Part shown: piece after piece, positions 42,528 through 52,487 of the stretch | Layout: every line of letters begins with the position of its first letter | Numbering within the stretch: the first letter of the stretch is position 1 | IMG/VR virus record: IMGVR_UViG_3300031215_000012 | Location: 2,966 to 66,965 of that record | Strand: one strand, 5' to 3' | Length of the DNA: 64,000 nt | Source of the DNA: a virus | Program-made: the position numbers and the translations under genes | The notes under the pieces: model-generated | Told to the model about the DNA's origin: nothing | Database searches by the model: none | What the model saw: only the letters and a program-made list of their open reading frames with translations

Positions 42528-42980
42528 TTATATATCAAATGAATAAACTTGTTCTTCTTGGTCAATATCTGCCATAATATCAAGGTGTACCCAACTAATA
42601 GGTTTACCATTAATATTTCTTTCTAATCTTATCTTACAAGGAAATAGATTAGTATTGTTATTAATCCATTCTCTAACTTCTACTGCTGTCATTCCTTCAA
42701 CATCAAAATCTAATGCTTTACCAAACATGTGTGCTGAAAGATAAACTCGTGTTTTCTTTTTAACTAAAGAACTCATATTGTGTCGTAACCCTCTTTGTGA
42801 CAAAGTTCCACCAAATATCCAAGTGTTTACAGTAATAGGTTTACCTATTCCTTCTCTAATCACAAGTAAACAAGATAATATATCTTTATCTATAAATTTC
42901 CAAGAATTTTCTTTGTGTATATCATATACAGCTTTATCTACTAATTCTTCTATTCTAAAATAATCTTTTATTGTTTTCAT
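42528..42980 (-). CDS. peptidase M15 family endolysin
   Basis: SAH..GKALDF and WVHLD zinc ligands; start re-assigned to MKTIKDYF. Confidence 0.8.
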   Translation of the reverse strand: MKTIKDYFRIEELVDKAVYDIHKENSWKFIDKDILSCLLVIREGIGKPITVNTWIFGGTLSQRGLRHNMSSLVKKKTRVYLSAHMFGKALDFDVEGMTAVEVREWINNNTNLFPCKIRLERNINGKPISWVHLDIMADIDQEEQVYSFDI

Positions 42981-43005
42981 AACATTTTTTATTTTTATAA
43001 TCAAT

Positions 43006-44700
43006 TTAACGCGAAGGAAGTCTATCCATATATAATAATGGAAAACACGAATCAATAATATAAGCATTACCATCATCTGGAAAGACTATTTTTGTAAACA
43101 ACACTGACTGATTTTCTAAGGTTACTGGTCTTTTCAAGAATCTTATACTTGCAATTCTATCTCCACTATTCATTAATACTGGTTTCCAATCTCCATTAAG
43201 AGATTCTGGTATTGCAACTTTACAATCAAACAATATACTCATTTTAGTTGTTTTTTTGCTAATATCAGCACGTTCCCAAACTCTTAACGTCAAAGTATTG
43301 TCTATATTATTTCTACCAATATAATAAGCGTACCAATCATTCAATGGAACATTAACACCAAATTCTTTATTTGCAATTCTTATCTTTGTTATCAATGCAC
43401 CTGATACTAATATTTCTATTTTAACGCCACCTCTAAACAACTCTCTCCAAGTGGCTTCTTGATTAGTTGGTCTTATCATTGCATTATACCAAAACATTAT
43501 ACTAAGGTTCTCACTTGTATCAATAGTGTCTTGATATGTTATTAATTCCGTTGCCGTTGGACCGTATGCAGTTCCACCATTAGCTGATGTTGCACCGGCA
43601 ATTACTACTGAACCATCATTGAATTTTAAATCATAGTGAAATTTACTAAAAACGGTGAAATAATTATCAATATTTTCTTCTTTAATCCCATTAATTTCCC
43701 ATTCAAGGTTTACTGATTCTCTCACTTTATCACTTAAATTAACATTTCTCGTTGCATATTGTTGTTCTTTAACAATATCTGCTTCTTCTATTTCTCTTTC
43801 TTTTTCAAACCCAGCACTTTCAAAGTTCAATGTTAATTCATTAATGGTTGCTTGTAAATCATCATCTTTAATAATACTATCAGATTCATTCCACTTTGTA
43901 AGTGTTCCTTTCCACCATATTGATTGACGCATAAATTCCTTTGCTTCTTGTACAGAATTAATTCTATACATTCTACCCTCCAAAGGAAAATACAAGAAAT
44001 CCTTTTCTGCAGGTTGTTCGTATGTACCGAATGCAGTCCAAAATCCTTCTTTAGATATTTGAAATTCTAATTCATCAGCAAAATCAATATCAAATTCAGT
44101 AAATTGAAAGTCACCAGTACCAAAGTCATTGTCCGGGACAGCAACTTTGATTTGTTTACATTCTCTTACTTCTAATAGTGAATATTCTTTGAATACAACA
44201 TCTCTACTTTGTTCAATTGGGTCACACTTGAAATATATTACTGGCCAACCATATCTATTAAACACTGCCTTTGACATCTTTTCCCAGATACCAACACTCG
44301 CTAATGCATTTGCATACTCATATTGTCCACCTAGTCCACATTCAACAAGAAATGAATCTTCACTGTACTTAATTATTGAACATTTACAATCTCCTAATAA
44401 TTCTCCACCTTCCCATTCAACATCTAATCCTTTAAAATTCCAACTTGTATCTGATTTAACCCTGAATCCAAACCATATCAACTCATCTGGGTTTACGTTC
44501 CAATCTGGCCACGATACCCATTCACTCCATATATTACCATCGTTTGAATATCTATATTCAATTACAATGTTCTTTGCACTATCACCTAATGCAACTATAC
44601 TTGTTAATCTGTCTAAGTCTTTAATTGGCGTATCAAGTTCTAGTAATACGAACTCTTCACATTTAACGGATTTATTTGTTTCTATTTTATATGTTGACAT
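43006..44700 (-). CDS. neck/head-closure protein (T4 gp14-like) with extra C-terminal beta-sandwich domain
   Basis: YG.PV.YF, VFKEY, P.EKDFLYFPL..RMY.I. Confidence 0.7.
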   Translation of the reverse strand: MSTYKIETNKSVKCEEFVLLELDTPIKDLDRLTSIVALGDSAKNIVIEYRYSNDGNIWSEWVSWPDWNVNPDELIWFGFRVKSDTSWNFKGLDVEWEGGELLGDCKCSIIKYSEDSFLVECGLGGQYEYANALASVGIWEKMSKAVFNRYGWPVIYFKCDPIEQSRDVVFKEYSLLEVRECKQIKVAVPDNDFGTGDFQFTEFDIDFADELEFQISKEGFWTAFGTYEQPAEKDFLYFPLEGRMYRINSVQEAKEFMRQSIWWKGTLTKWNESDSIIKDDDLQATINELTLNFESAGFEKEREIEEADIVKEQQYATRNVNLSDKVRESVNLEWEINGIKEENIDNYFTVFSKFHYDLKFNDGSVVIAGATSANGGTAYGPTATELITYQDTIDTSENLSIMFWYNAMIRPTNQEATWRELFRGGVKIEILVSGALITKIRIANKEFGVNVPLNDWYAYYIGRNNIDNTLTLRVWERADISKKTTKMSILFDCKVAIPESLNGDWKPVLMNSGDRIASIRFLKRPVTLENQSVLFTKIVFPDDGNAYIIDSCFPLLYMDRLPSR

Positions 44701-44732
44701 TTAAGAATATTTCTTTTCTTATTTAATTAGAA

Positions 44733-45186
44733 CTATAATTGATTCTTTTTGTATATTCTTACTTTACCTGTAATGTTCTTACAATTATCATTACTGATTA
44801 ATTTGAAATCTGACATTTCTTCTATTGTTGGTATCTTAGAATCTGTTCTAATTACTACATATTCAGTAGAACGTTTAAAACATTCCTTTAGAACGTTAAT
44901 AGTAGAATCTGGTAATAAACACTTAAAAACTCTTTTTTGCTGTTTCCACAGATATGTCTTGCATTTCAAAACCATGTACTAACGATGCACCTTGTTTAGC
45001 AAATTCTAATGATACAAGTCCTTCTGCACAACCTAAATCAAGAACGGATTTCCCTTTAACTTCATCCAGAAGAAACTCAAACCCTGTAATACGTTCTTTA
45101 ATATCCGTACCTTTCCTGCGCCCTTTTATTCCAAATTCATCTGAGGAATAATATGTTTGTTTACTGTCTTTACTATAAATATACAT
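44733..45186 (-). pseudogene. class I SAM methyltransferase, frameshifted and internally shortened
   Basis: VLDLGCAEG motif; removing one A from GCAAAAAAG (~44935) joins the two ORFs; central motifs missing. Confidence 0.6.
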
Positions 45187-45790
45187 CTTTCAATTTATTT
45201 TTTATGTTTGTTATTGCGTGTGGTTTATCCTTACAAAGATACATCACATCAATGTTATTAGCTTTTAATTTAGATAAGAATGTTTCTTTTTGTGTTTCAG
45301 ATATACCTATTTTGTGTATGTCCGCTAATGATCCACTAAAAATATCAACCTGTTTGTCGATTCCAGAATCTATAAGTGAATTGAATACCTTTATTTCTGC
45401 ACCTTCGATATTCATACGAATAATATTAATAGTGTCTTTAAAATCAGGTATATTAGATTCAATCCATTTAGATATGTCTACCATTTCAACAACTACATTG
45501 TTATCTGATAAATTTACTTTAGTATCTATAATTGAATGTCCTTCTGGACCCTTTCTACTTAAATGTAACTTAATGCTTCCATCTTCATCAGAAACAGCAG
45601 TGTTCATAATTTTAACCTTGTTGTTATCTTTAAATTTGTTTTTGATATTTTCAAAGTACGGTGGATATGCTTCAAACCCATATACATTATAATTTTCAAT
45701 ACCCAATTCATCGAATGCGTTTATCATCCAATTCATTTCTGTTGCTTCGTATAATCCAAAGTCTAGGTAATTTATTTTCTTATTTTTCAT
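45173..45790 (-). CDS. FkbM family methyltransferase
   Basis: LDFG, YGFEA, NTAVS, MNIEGAE. Confidence 0.8.
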   Translation of the reverse strand: MKNKKINYLDFGLYEATEMNWMINAFDELGIENYNVYGFEAYPPYFENIKNKFKDNNKVKIMNTAVSDEDGSIKLHLSRKGPEGHSIIDTKVNLSDNNVVVEMVDISKWIESNIPDFKDTINIIRMNIEGAEIKVFNSLIDSGIDKQVDIFSGSLADIHKIGISETQKETFLSKLKANNIDVMYLCKDKPHAITNIKNKLKDVYL

Positions 45791-46643
45791 AACTTATTAA
45801 TTTGTCTAATATTTCGTTTATCTTATCTGTTGATTTGTGGTGTGCCATTGTAAATTCCAAACAGTTATATGCTATTTTATTTAGTTCATCTTCATTATTC
45901 AGATAGTGTTGTATTTGTTGTTTCAAGTAGTCAAGGTTGTTCATGTCGTAATAAACGATATGTTCACAATCAATGAACTTATTTTTGAATGATGTTTGCA
46001 TTTCATCACAAAAAACTAATGCCTTAGATGAACAAGCCTCAAATAATCTATAATCACCTTCCCAATCATCTGGGTTACATGTAACTATTATCTTTGACCT
46101 TCTCATCATATTGTAGTATTTGGATTGAATTGTATTTCTACCGATTCTCCCCATATCACCAACAGTACCTACAAATATTTCATTGTCATTGAAATTGTTC
46201 TTGATGAAATTTGCAATCGTTTTTCTGTTTCTAAACCCACTATTGGTTTTAAAAAATACTGAAATATCAATATCCTTAACGAAATTTGCAGTTTTAACCT
46301 CTTGTACTATGTCATCTTTTACACAATACGAAATTGAATATACATTATCTTCTTTATAAGCATCTTTCAAATTTCGTTTAAAATACATCAAGCATTTTTT
46401 ACCTTCCTTGTTCAAATGTTGAACATCACTATAATCAACATAAACCGTCTTGTTAGGATATTTTATGTTATATTCAGAATTGATATTACCTTCGCCTATG
46501 ATGATGTATTCAGATTCTTCCTCAGAAACAACCTGGATTCTGTCGTTATTGACAATACCAGGGTGAATTATGTTTTTCATCTCACTTCCAAATCTGTGGT
46601 CATCTACTTTAGGTAAGTGTATCTTAACCTTTCTCAAACTCAT
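45780..46643 (-). CDS. GT-B glycosyltransferase (CgeB/Glyco_trans_1_2-like)
   Basis: Y..MM.RSKI, EGDYRLFEA, L..IA......HH. Confidence 0.7.
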   Translation of the reverse strand: MSLRKVKIHLPKVDDHRFGSEMKNIIHPGIVNNDRIQVVSEEESEYIIIGEGNINSEYNIKYPNKTVYVDYSDVQHLNKEGKKCLMYFKRNLKDAYKEDNVYSISYCVKDDIVQEVKTANFVKDIDISVFFKTNSGFRNRKTIANFIKNNFNDNEIFVGTVGDMGRIGRNTIQSKYYNMMRRSKIIVTCNPDDWEGDYRLFEACSSKALVFCDEMQTSFKNKFIDCEHIVYYDMNNLDYLKQQIQHYLNNEDELNKIAYNCLEFTMAHHKSTDKINEILDKLISYEK

Positions 46644-47196
46644 AATCGAAAGTTTTAATGTATTTTGCGTAATATTGTTGTACTATTTCTATTGATTCTG
46701 CATTGTAGTATTCACTATAATGTTTGTGCTTAGTAGAATATAAGTATTCTAATTCTTCATCTACTCCTATGCGTTTACTAACATTTTCCCAGTCTTCTTG
46801 TAAATTTTCAAATCTACCGACAAAATCCATAACATTATTCCCATCTAATTTCATCAAATCAATTTGATTAGGCCAAATGTTAAACAATTTATCATTAATG
46901 AATGTTGTTTTGATCCATTCATCGAAACTCTTGTCTTTCCAATTTGCTTGAACACCTCTACCTGGTCTTATTTGAACACCACAAAAATACAATGATAGAA
47001 TCCTATCCCATGGATTTCTTATAATAGTAAACTTGAAATAATCATCAAATTTATCACCTAATTCTGATTTCATTTCTTGTATATTAGAGTGCTTTTTTGA
47101 ATTACTATTCATATATGCACTAAGTGTTGAATTAATACTGGTTCCTCCTGTTTTTGGTAAGTGTAGGAATAAAAACTTTTTTGTGTGTGAAATCAT
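46624..47196 (-). CDS. sulfotransferase family 2
   Basis: FLHLPKTGGTS, RNPWDR.LS.Y, GRFENLQED. Confidence 0.9.
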   Translation of the reverse strand: MISHTKKFLFLHLPKTGGTSINSTLSAYMNSNSKKHSNIQEMKSELGDKFDDYFKFTIIRNPWDRILSLYFCGVQIRPGRGVQANWKDKSFDEWIKTTFINDKLFNIWPNQIDLMKLDGNNVMDFVGRFENLQEDWENVSKRIGVDEELEYLYSTKHKHYSEYYNAESIEIVQQYYAKYIKTFDYEFEKG

Positions 47197-47855
47197 CCGT
47201 GTTTTATGTGTGTCGTTAATATAAAATATTTAGTGTATATAGTATTCCAATCTAATGTTGATATGTTCAATGGGTTTTTCCAAAGAACATAAGGAAAACT
47301 AACTTGGTCTCTAATTGAATGTTTAAGAATCTCATTAACCCATTGTTCTGAAAAGGATTCCAGTTTTTTAGATTTTAAGTTTCGATATTGAAATCCACAT
47401 GAATATAATCCAAAATGTTTTGGCATACCCTCTTTCTCATAAGATATAACTTGATTAGTAATTTCATCTTTGTTTCCCCTGTTGAATGATATACAGGCAC
47501 CAGCTTCTTGAAACAAACAGTCTCTTACTCTATGTAACGCTAAGTTAATATCAGCATCTTTGTCAATAAATTCATCTTCTAATTTATTCAAATCGTAAAT
47601 GATATGTGCATTTGCATCAATATGAATAGAAATGTCATATTCACCTAAGAATTTGTGTGGATTTAACTTATATGTTCTTGCTAATTTATATGGACTTAGA
47701 TTTTCTTTGTTTTCAACTAATCTAATTTTCCATGTGCTCGATACCAGCGTAGTGTCATCTGTGAAACACACATAATCCCAACCTTCTGTTATTACTGCAG
47801 GTTCTATAAGATTATCATATCCACCTGTTAGTACTGTAAATATTACTTTTTTCAT
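47193..47855 (-). CDS. glycosyltransferase (DUF616-like)
   Basis: TGGYD.L, CFTD, K..PH, IDAN, H..RDC...EA, RDQ.SF.Y. Confidence 0.8.
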   Translation of the reverse strand: MKKVIFTVLTGGYDNLIEPAVITEGWDYVCFTDDTTLVSSTWKIRLVENKENLSPYKLARTYKLNPHKFLGEYDISIHIDANAHIIYDLNKLEDEFIDKDADINLALHRVRDCLFQEAGACISFNRGNKDEITNQVISYEKEGMPKHFGLYSCGFQYRNLKSKKLESFSEQWVNEILKHSIRDQVSFPYVLWKNPLNISTLDWNTIYTKYFILTTHIKHG

Positions 47856-48379
47856 TAATATATTTTGTTGATGAATTTCTTAACCTCGTTGTTGTAAAAT
47901 CGGGTTATTTCAATACCCTTTTCAATTTTCATCCCACTTCTTGTGTGCAATGACTTTGCAATACCCTCTTCATCTCTAAATGAACAAACTATTTGTGGAT
48001 TCTCTAAAAGTGGCCACCAAAAATCAATTAATAAACACATTCTTGGGTCTTTGATTCCCAATGTCTTATCTCCTGCTTCTTTGTACATATCAGATAAAAT
48101 ACCCTTTGCATATTCTACTAATGATTGACCATTATCTAACTGTGTTTTGTTAAGTCTGTCAATATCCATAACTATTGGATTATCCCAAGATGCACCTTGA
48201 CTTGATAACATCAAATCATTAAACAAAACTATTCGTCTATCTTCAAAGAATCCTTTTGGATTGTCATGTGCTGGTGGTATAAACCACTTGTCAGACCCTA
48301 AGTAACATTCACCATGTAAAGTTCTGGCAAGTAAAGAAGTGGCGCTTCTATGCATCCCTAATATAACTATTGTTTTCAT
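47855..48379 (-). CDS. sulfotransferase-family (P-loop) protein
   Basis: LGMHRSATS, DNPKGFFED, KDPR, SL..R. Confidence 0.8.
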   Translation of the reverse strand: MKTIVILGMHRSATSLLARTLHGECYLGSDKWFIPPAHDNPKGFFEDRRIVLFNDLMLSSQGASWDNPIVMDIDRLNKTQLDNGQSLVEYAKGILSDMYKEAGDKTLGIKDPRMCLLIDFWWPLLENPQIVCSFRDEEGIAKSLHTRSGMKIEKGIEITRFYNNEVKKFINKIY

Positions 48380-48439
48380 TCTGTGGGGTTATAGGTTATT
48401 TACTACTCTTAAAATGAGTAGATTATACTATTTAAAAAC

Positions 48440-48475
48440 AAAAAAGAGGACAATATTTTATTATTGTCCTCTTTT
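48440..48475 (-). terminator. terminator
   Basis: aaaagaggacaata-loop-tattgtcctctttt. Confidence 0.75.
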
Positions 48476-48523
48476 AAATAGCGTTCTGGTCTATTATATT
48501 GATTTTCTAAGTCTATTCAAAAT

Positions 48524-49099
48524 CTATTGTTGATTATCAGAACCCTTACTTGACATAATTGCATCTGCTAACCATTCTTTAGCTTCTTTTTTGTCTTTTA
48601 CGTCTTTATTGAACTTAATAATAGCTTTGACTAAATAATCATCTCCATCTGTTACTACCTCTGCTTCAATTTCAACATCATCAACATCTGGTTTTCCTGC
48701 CATTCATTTTTCATCTTTAAAAGTTTTAACAAAATCAGATAATTGTTTCTTATTATATTCAAACCTACTATCTTCATTTACATCAGACTTTAATGAAATT
48801 AATGATGTTGCCATATCACCAATAGCTAATGTAATTGATGATCTGTAATATAAGTAATATTTTACACCTTTTGGATTTTCTGAATCCTGTAAAATAATTC
48901 TCTCAACTTTTGCCTTACCTACTTTAGTTCTCCCTTTACTAACCTTAAAGGTTTTTGTAGTTAATCCACTCCAAGGAGAATCAAAGGTTGCTGTTACATT
49001 GTCGCCTTTTTCTAAATTATTATAAATAGCAATTAATTCATCCTTCGCCATTTTGTCTTTATGACTACTCTCGTTTAATATTTCTTGATATGATTTCAT
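48524..49099 (-). CDS. putative internal head protein, split by an in-frame TGA at 48704-48706
   Basis: MKSYQEILNE start; ...FKDEK-TGA-ATG-AGKPDVDD... continues 59 codons in the same frame. Confidence 0.5.
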
Positions 49100-49110
49100 A
49101 TTATTTTATT

Positions 49111-49416
49111 TTATTTTTTTCCTTTACCAACTTCCCATCCAGATTTAATTGCATTGAAAAATTCAATTTTCTTTTCAGCACTTAACTTTGCTGGAGAATC
49201 TGTATCAAATTCTTTCAATGTATCTTCAAAGTACACTTTGTATTCTTTTTGTAATGGACTTAACTCTTTTTCAAGTAATCCATAAGACATCTCTAAATCA
49301 AAAGATTCTTTAAGTTCTGCAACTTCTTTTTCATCATGATTTTCTATTTCTTTAATTATTAAATTAAGTCCTTCATTAAGTCTTCCTTCTTTTATAAAAT
49401 CTTTTAATTTGCTCAT
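49111..49416 (-). CDS. putative prohead core/internal protein
   Basis: MSKLKDFIKE..LNE; QKEY..YF...LK.F...SPA.LS.EKK.EFFN.I..W motif. Confidence 0.5.
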   Translation of the reverse strand: MSKLKDFIKEGRLNEGLNLIIKEIENHDEKEVAELKESFDLEMSYGLLEKELSPLQKEYKVYFEDTLKEFDTDSPAKLSAEKKIEFFNAIKSGWEVGKGKK

Positions 49417-49422
49417 TATTTC

Positions 49423-49630
49423 TTATTTATTTTTCAAACCAGATAAAAATCTAGTAAGTATTTGTTGATATTCTTTTTTATCCTTAGTTAAGGTACTATC
49501 TTTAAGTTTAAAAATCTCTATTTTTCAATGATTTAGAATCTTCTTTAGGTACGAAAAAATCTATACCACCTTTTGTAAGGAATCCAGTATCTAATTTTCC
49601 TTCGTTTAAATATTCATTTAATGATTTCCT
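49423..49630 (-). pseudogene. decayed capsid-targeted gene
   Basis: AGG (ex-ATG) KSLNEYLNEGKLD..., one extra A in TTGAAAAATAG, then IEIFKLKD...LKNK*. Confidence 0.6.
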
Positions 49631-49632
49631 GT

Positions 49633-50016
49633 TTATATCTTTATAATTTTTTGATTAGCACCAACTCGAAAATCACCTCTGTATAATGTTATAACAACAA
49701 ACTTTAATTCATCCTTAACAACATTCATAACACCAACAACTGTTAACCCATCAGATTCTCTTTGTAATATAAATCTATCCTTTTCGATGTCCATTTCATC
49801 CTTAACCAATTCGTCAATAATTTCCTCTGTTGCTTTACTAATAACACCATTGACCTCTTTAAAATTAATAGGTTCGTAAGCTGCATTTCCATCCTTGTCT
49901 TTTCTGTTAAGTCTTTCAATAGCATGAGTTGTTGATAATATATCAATATCAAATTTAATCTTTCTAACAATTTTTCCTTCTGACTTTTCGTTTAATATAT
50001 CTTGATAACTTTTCAT
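49633..50016 (-). CDS. putative virion-packaged RelE/BECR-like protein
   Basis: MKSYQDILNE start; THAIERL..R and VVITLY motifs. Confidence 0.45.
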   Translation of the reverse strand: MKSYQDILNEKSEGKIVRKIKFDIDILSTTHAIERLNRKDKDGNAAYEPINFKEVNGVISKATEEIIDELVKDEMDIEKDRFILQRESDGLTVVGVMNVVKDELKFVVITLYRGDFRVGANQKIIKI

Positions 50017-50079
50017 CTAATAAATTTCTTTCCTTATTTAATACTAAAAAAGACAACCATTTCTGATTGTCTTTATTCA

Positions 50080-50272
50080 TTAGTTTAATATCTTTTGCCA
50101 AAATTTACTTGGTAAATGTATATTCTTTATTTTCTCTGCATCCTTAAACAAAGGTGCAACTTGTTTAGGTTTTAGCTGCTCCTAATCCATGTCTGCCACT
50201 TTCATTACTACCAAATACAAATATGTGATTTGGAGGTAATATGTGGTTCATATCATCTGTTACTCGTTTCAT
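50080..50272 (-). pseudogene. internally deleted IFVFGSN-family (macro-like) gene
   Basis: N-term IFVFGSNESGRHGLGAAKT fused out of frame to C-term VAPLF...NIHLP..FW; middle absent. Confidence 0.65.
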
Positions 50273-51105
50273 GATTGTCTTTTTATATATTCGTTAAGAC
50301 TTTCGCTATTTCTTCCTCTTTCATCAGGGTACAACATATAAACAAATTGACTTTGATAAATCTCCTTTGTATCTATATCCATAATACTTACTTTACCATC
50401 ATAAGCAGCATTTGTGTCCATTGCAAAAACATTAGTAATCTTTTGTGGTTTAAATTGATGTTCCTTTTCTGACATCAAATACCCAACACCACTATGACCC
50501 AAATAAATCTCCTTATATCTATTATCAACCCATTTTCTATCGTTTCTGTGTCTTGCAGCTTCACTAATCAAATTCCTATCCCATATAAATAACTCAGTGT
50601 TATTATTTTCAACTAACTTATCCATGTGATACAATTTATTAGGAATTCCAGCATGTGCAAATATTATAGGTAATTCTTCGTTTTCGTCTTGTAAAGAATA
50701 ATATAACAATCCACTTTTCAAGAATTCTAAGTACTTAGAATTTTGATTCTCATAAGTTCCTAATGATTTAATAGTAGACTCTCCACCTTGAGTAATCCAC
50801 ATTGGAATTTGATATGCCTCATTACCTCTCATAGTTTCGCCATTATAATACTCCATGCTCCATTCGTCATGATTTCCAAGTAGATAGATTAAATTTTTAA
50901 TCTTTAATAATTCATCTATCACTTCTTTAGATTGGGACCAACCATCCAGAACATCACCTAAACAAAATAATACATCGTTATTGTAGTCAAAGTTAGCTTT
51001 TTCTAATGCTTGTTTCATAGCGATAAATCCACCATGTACATCTCCCATTACAAATCTTCTACCTTTGAAGTTTGGTTTAGTGTAATCGTTCTTATTTGTC
51101 TTCAT
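50269..51105 (-). CDS. metallophosphoesterase (Ser/Thr protein phosphatase, NinI-like)
   Basis: GDVHG, GD.LD, GNHD, HAG, GH. Confidence 0.9.
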   Translation of the reverse strand: MKTNKNDYTKPNFKGRRFVMGDVHGGFIAMKQALEKANFDYNNDVLFCLGDVLDGWSQSKEVIDELLKIKNLIYLLGNHDEWSMEYYNGETMRGNEAYQIPMWITQGGESTIKSLGTYENQNSKYLEFLKSGLLYYSLQDENEELPIIFAHAGIPNKLYHMDKLVENNNTELFIWDRNLISEAARHRNDRKWVDNRYKEIYLGHSGVGYLMSEKEHQFKPQKITNVFAMDTNAAYDGKVSIMDIDTKEIYQSQFVYMLYPDERGRNSESLNEYIKRQS

Positions 51106-51387
51106 ATATATATATATTTTTAAATTGTTCTTGATTAATAAAATTAAATCCTATTTGTACATTTTATAAAAACATTTTGTTCTTATATTTTAATTCAAAG
51201 TTCTTTTCTCCTAATTAACGTTTCAATTCATTTTCCTTTTCTGTTGCTAATATTATCTTTAATGCCATATCATTTCTGTTTTACCTGTTCTCTATATATT
51301 ACCCTTGGAGTATTTATACATTTATTAAATGCCCTATTGACCATTTTTATTTTATTAACTCTATTTATTTTCAAGATTAAATAATAT

Positions 51388-51600
51388 ATGAAAAATTTAC
51401 AATACTTCCTTAATGAAGATGCTGATTCAAATTTAGCTTCTCTTAAGCAACTTACAATTTCAAAGACTAACGAAAAAGGTCAAACGAAAAAAACTGTGCA
51501 TAAAGCTGGTAACGATAAAACTGTTGAAGATGCAGAAGAAGCTGGAGAATCTGGAGAACATGAAGAAGATGAAAAATCTGACACAAAAAAAGAGGATTAA
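51388..51600 (+). CDS. small acidic putative internal head peptide
   Basis: MKNLQYFLNE start, TTAAATA at 51377; paralogue of 41117..41305. Confidence 0.6.
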   Translation: MKNLQYFLNEDADSNLASLKQLTISKTNEKGQTKKTVHKAGNDKTVEDAEEAGESGEHEEDEKSDTKKED

Positions 51601-51632
51601 AAAATCCTCTTAAATTAATTAAACCCAATTCC

Positions 51633-52163
51633 TTATTTGGCTTTAAAACTATTTTTTGTTCCAACTAATTGTCTAGCTATCTCTTTCTCTGTGTTTGTTA
51701 TCTTTAAATTGTTTTTGTTACTACTGAACATTATGTATAAATAACATTCCTGTGTAGTTGTTGCGATATGATGTATCGCATTCTTTGGAATTATAAAGGT
51801 ATCTCCTTTAGATAATTTAGTATCTGTCGTCTTATCATAACATTCTCCATCTAAAATCATCATAACTTCCCATTCTGTACTATGATAATGTGGAGACAAG
51901 TAACTATGTTGACCGTAATGCACTAATAAGGACTTGTAATCGTCTCCAGTGTGTAAACCCATTGTATGTACACCATTTGCTATTGGGTCACTTAATTCAA
52001 CCCATTTGTTCTTAATAGTTTCAATTTTATGAGAACTAATATCAGGACATTGAATTGTAATATTTGTTATAATATCTCGCACTCTTGATAGGGATTCTTT
52101 TGCTTCCTCGTATGTATTGTGTTTTTTGTTTGTGAACAATACCTCAAATATAGTTGATTCCAT
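51633..52163 (-). CDS. cupin domain protein
   Basis: HYH..E.....G and GD..IIP.N..H. Confidence 0.8.
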   Translation of the reverse strand: MESTIFEVLFTNKKHNTYEEAKESLSRVRDIITNITIQCPDISSHKIETIKNKWVELSDPIANGVHTMGLHTGDDYKSLLVHYGQHSYLSPHYHSTEWEVMMILDGECYDKTTDTKLSKGDTFIIPKNAIHHIATTTQECYLYIMFSSNKNNLKITNTEKEIARQLVGTKNSFKAK

Positions 52164-52244
52164 TTAGTTCATTCTTTTTTTATTTAATCTACTAAAAAAC
52201 AACACGTTAAAATATTATTTTTATTCGATTAGTGGTATTGTTTA

Positions 52245-52487
52245 TTATTTAATTTTACCTTTTATTTCGTTAAGTAAATTTAAACACTTTTCTTTAAATT
52301 CTCTATCCCCTTCTCCCAATTCTTTTGCTTTATTTTCCCATAATGTTGTCAATTTGATAACATCTTGAGCTAATCCAGATTTTTCATCTTCTGATTTTAC
52401 TAATCTACGTTGTAACCAGAAAATTACCACTCCCATGATAATAACCATACCAAGTTGTTCGAATAACCATCTTGTTATTTCATCCAT
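52245..52487 (-). CDS. single-TM holin-like protein
   Basis: N-terminal TM plus coiled-coil tail. Confidence 0.45.
   Translation of the reverse strand: MDEITRWLFEQLGMVIIMGVVIFWLQRRLVKSEDEKSGLAQDVIKLTTLWENKAKELGEGDREFKEKCLNLLNEIKGKIK

Noticed and set aside
44925-44945. Programmed -1 frameshift at A_AAA_AAG in the methyltransferase
   Set aside because: The downstream ORF is in the +1 frame; the -1 frame stops within about 14 codons.
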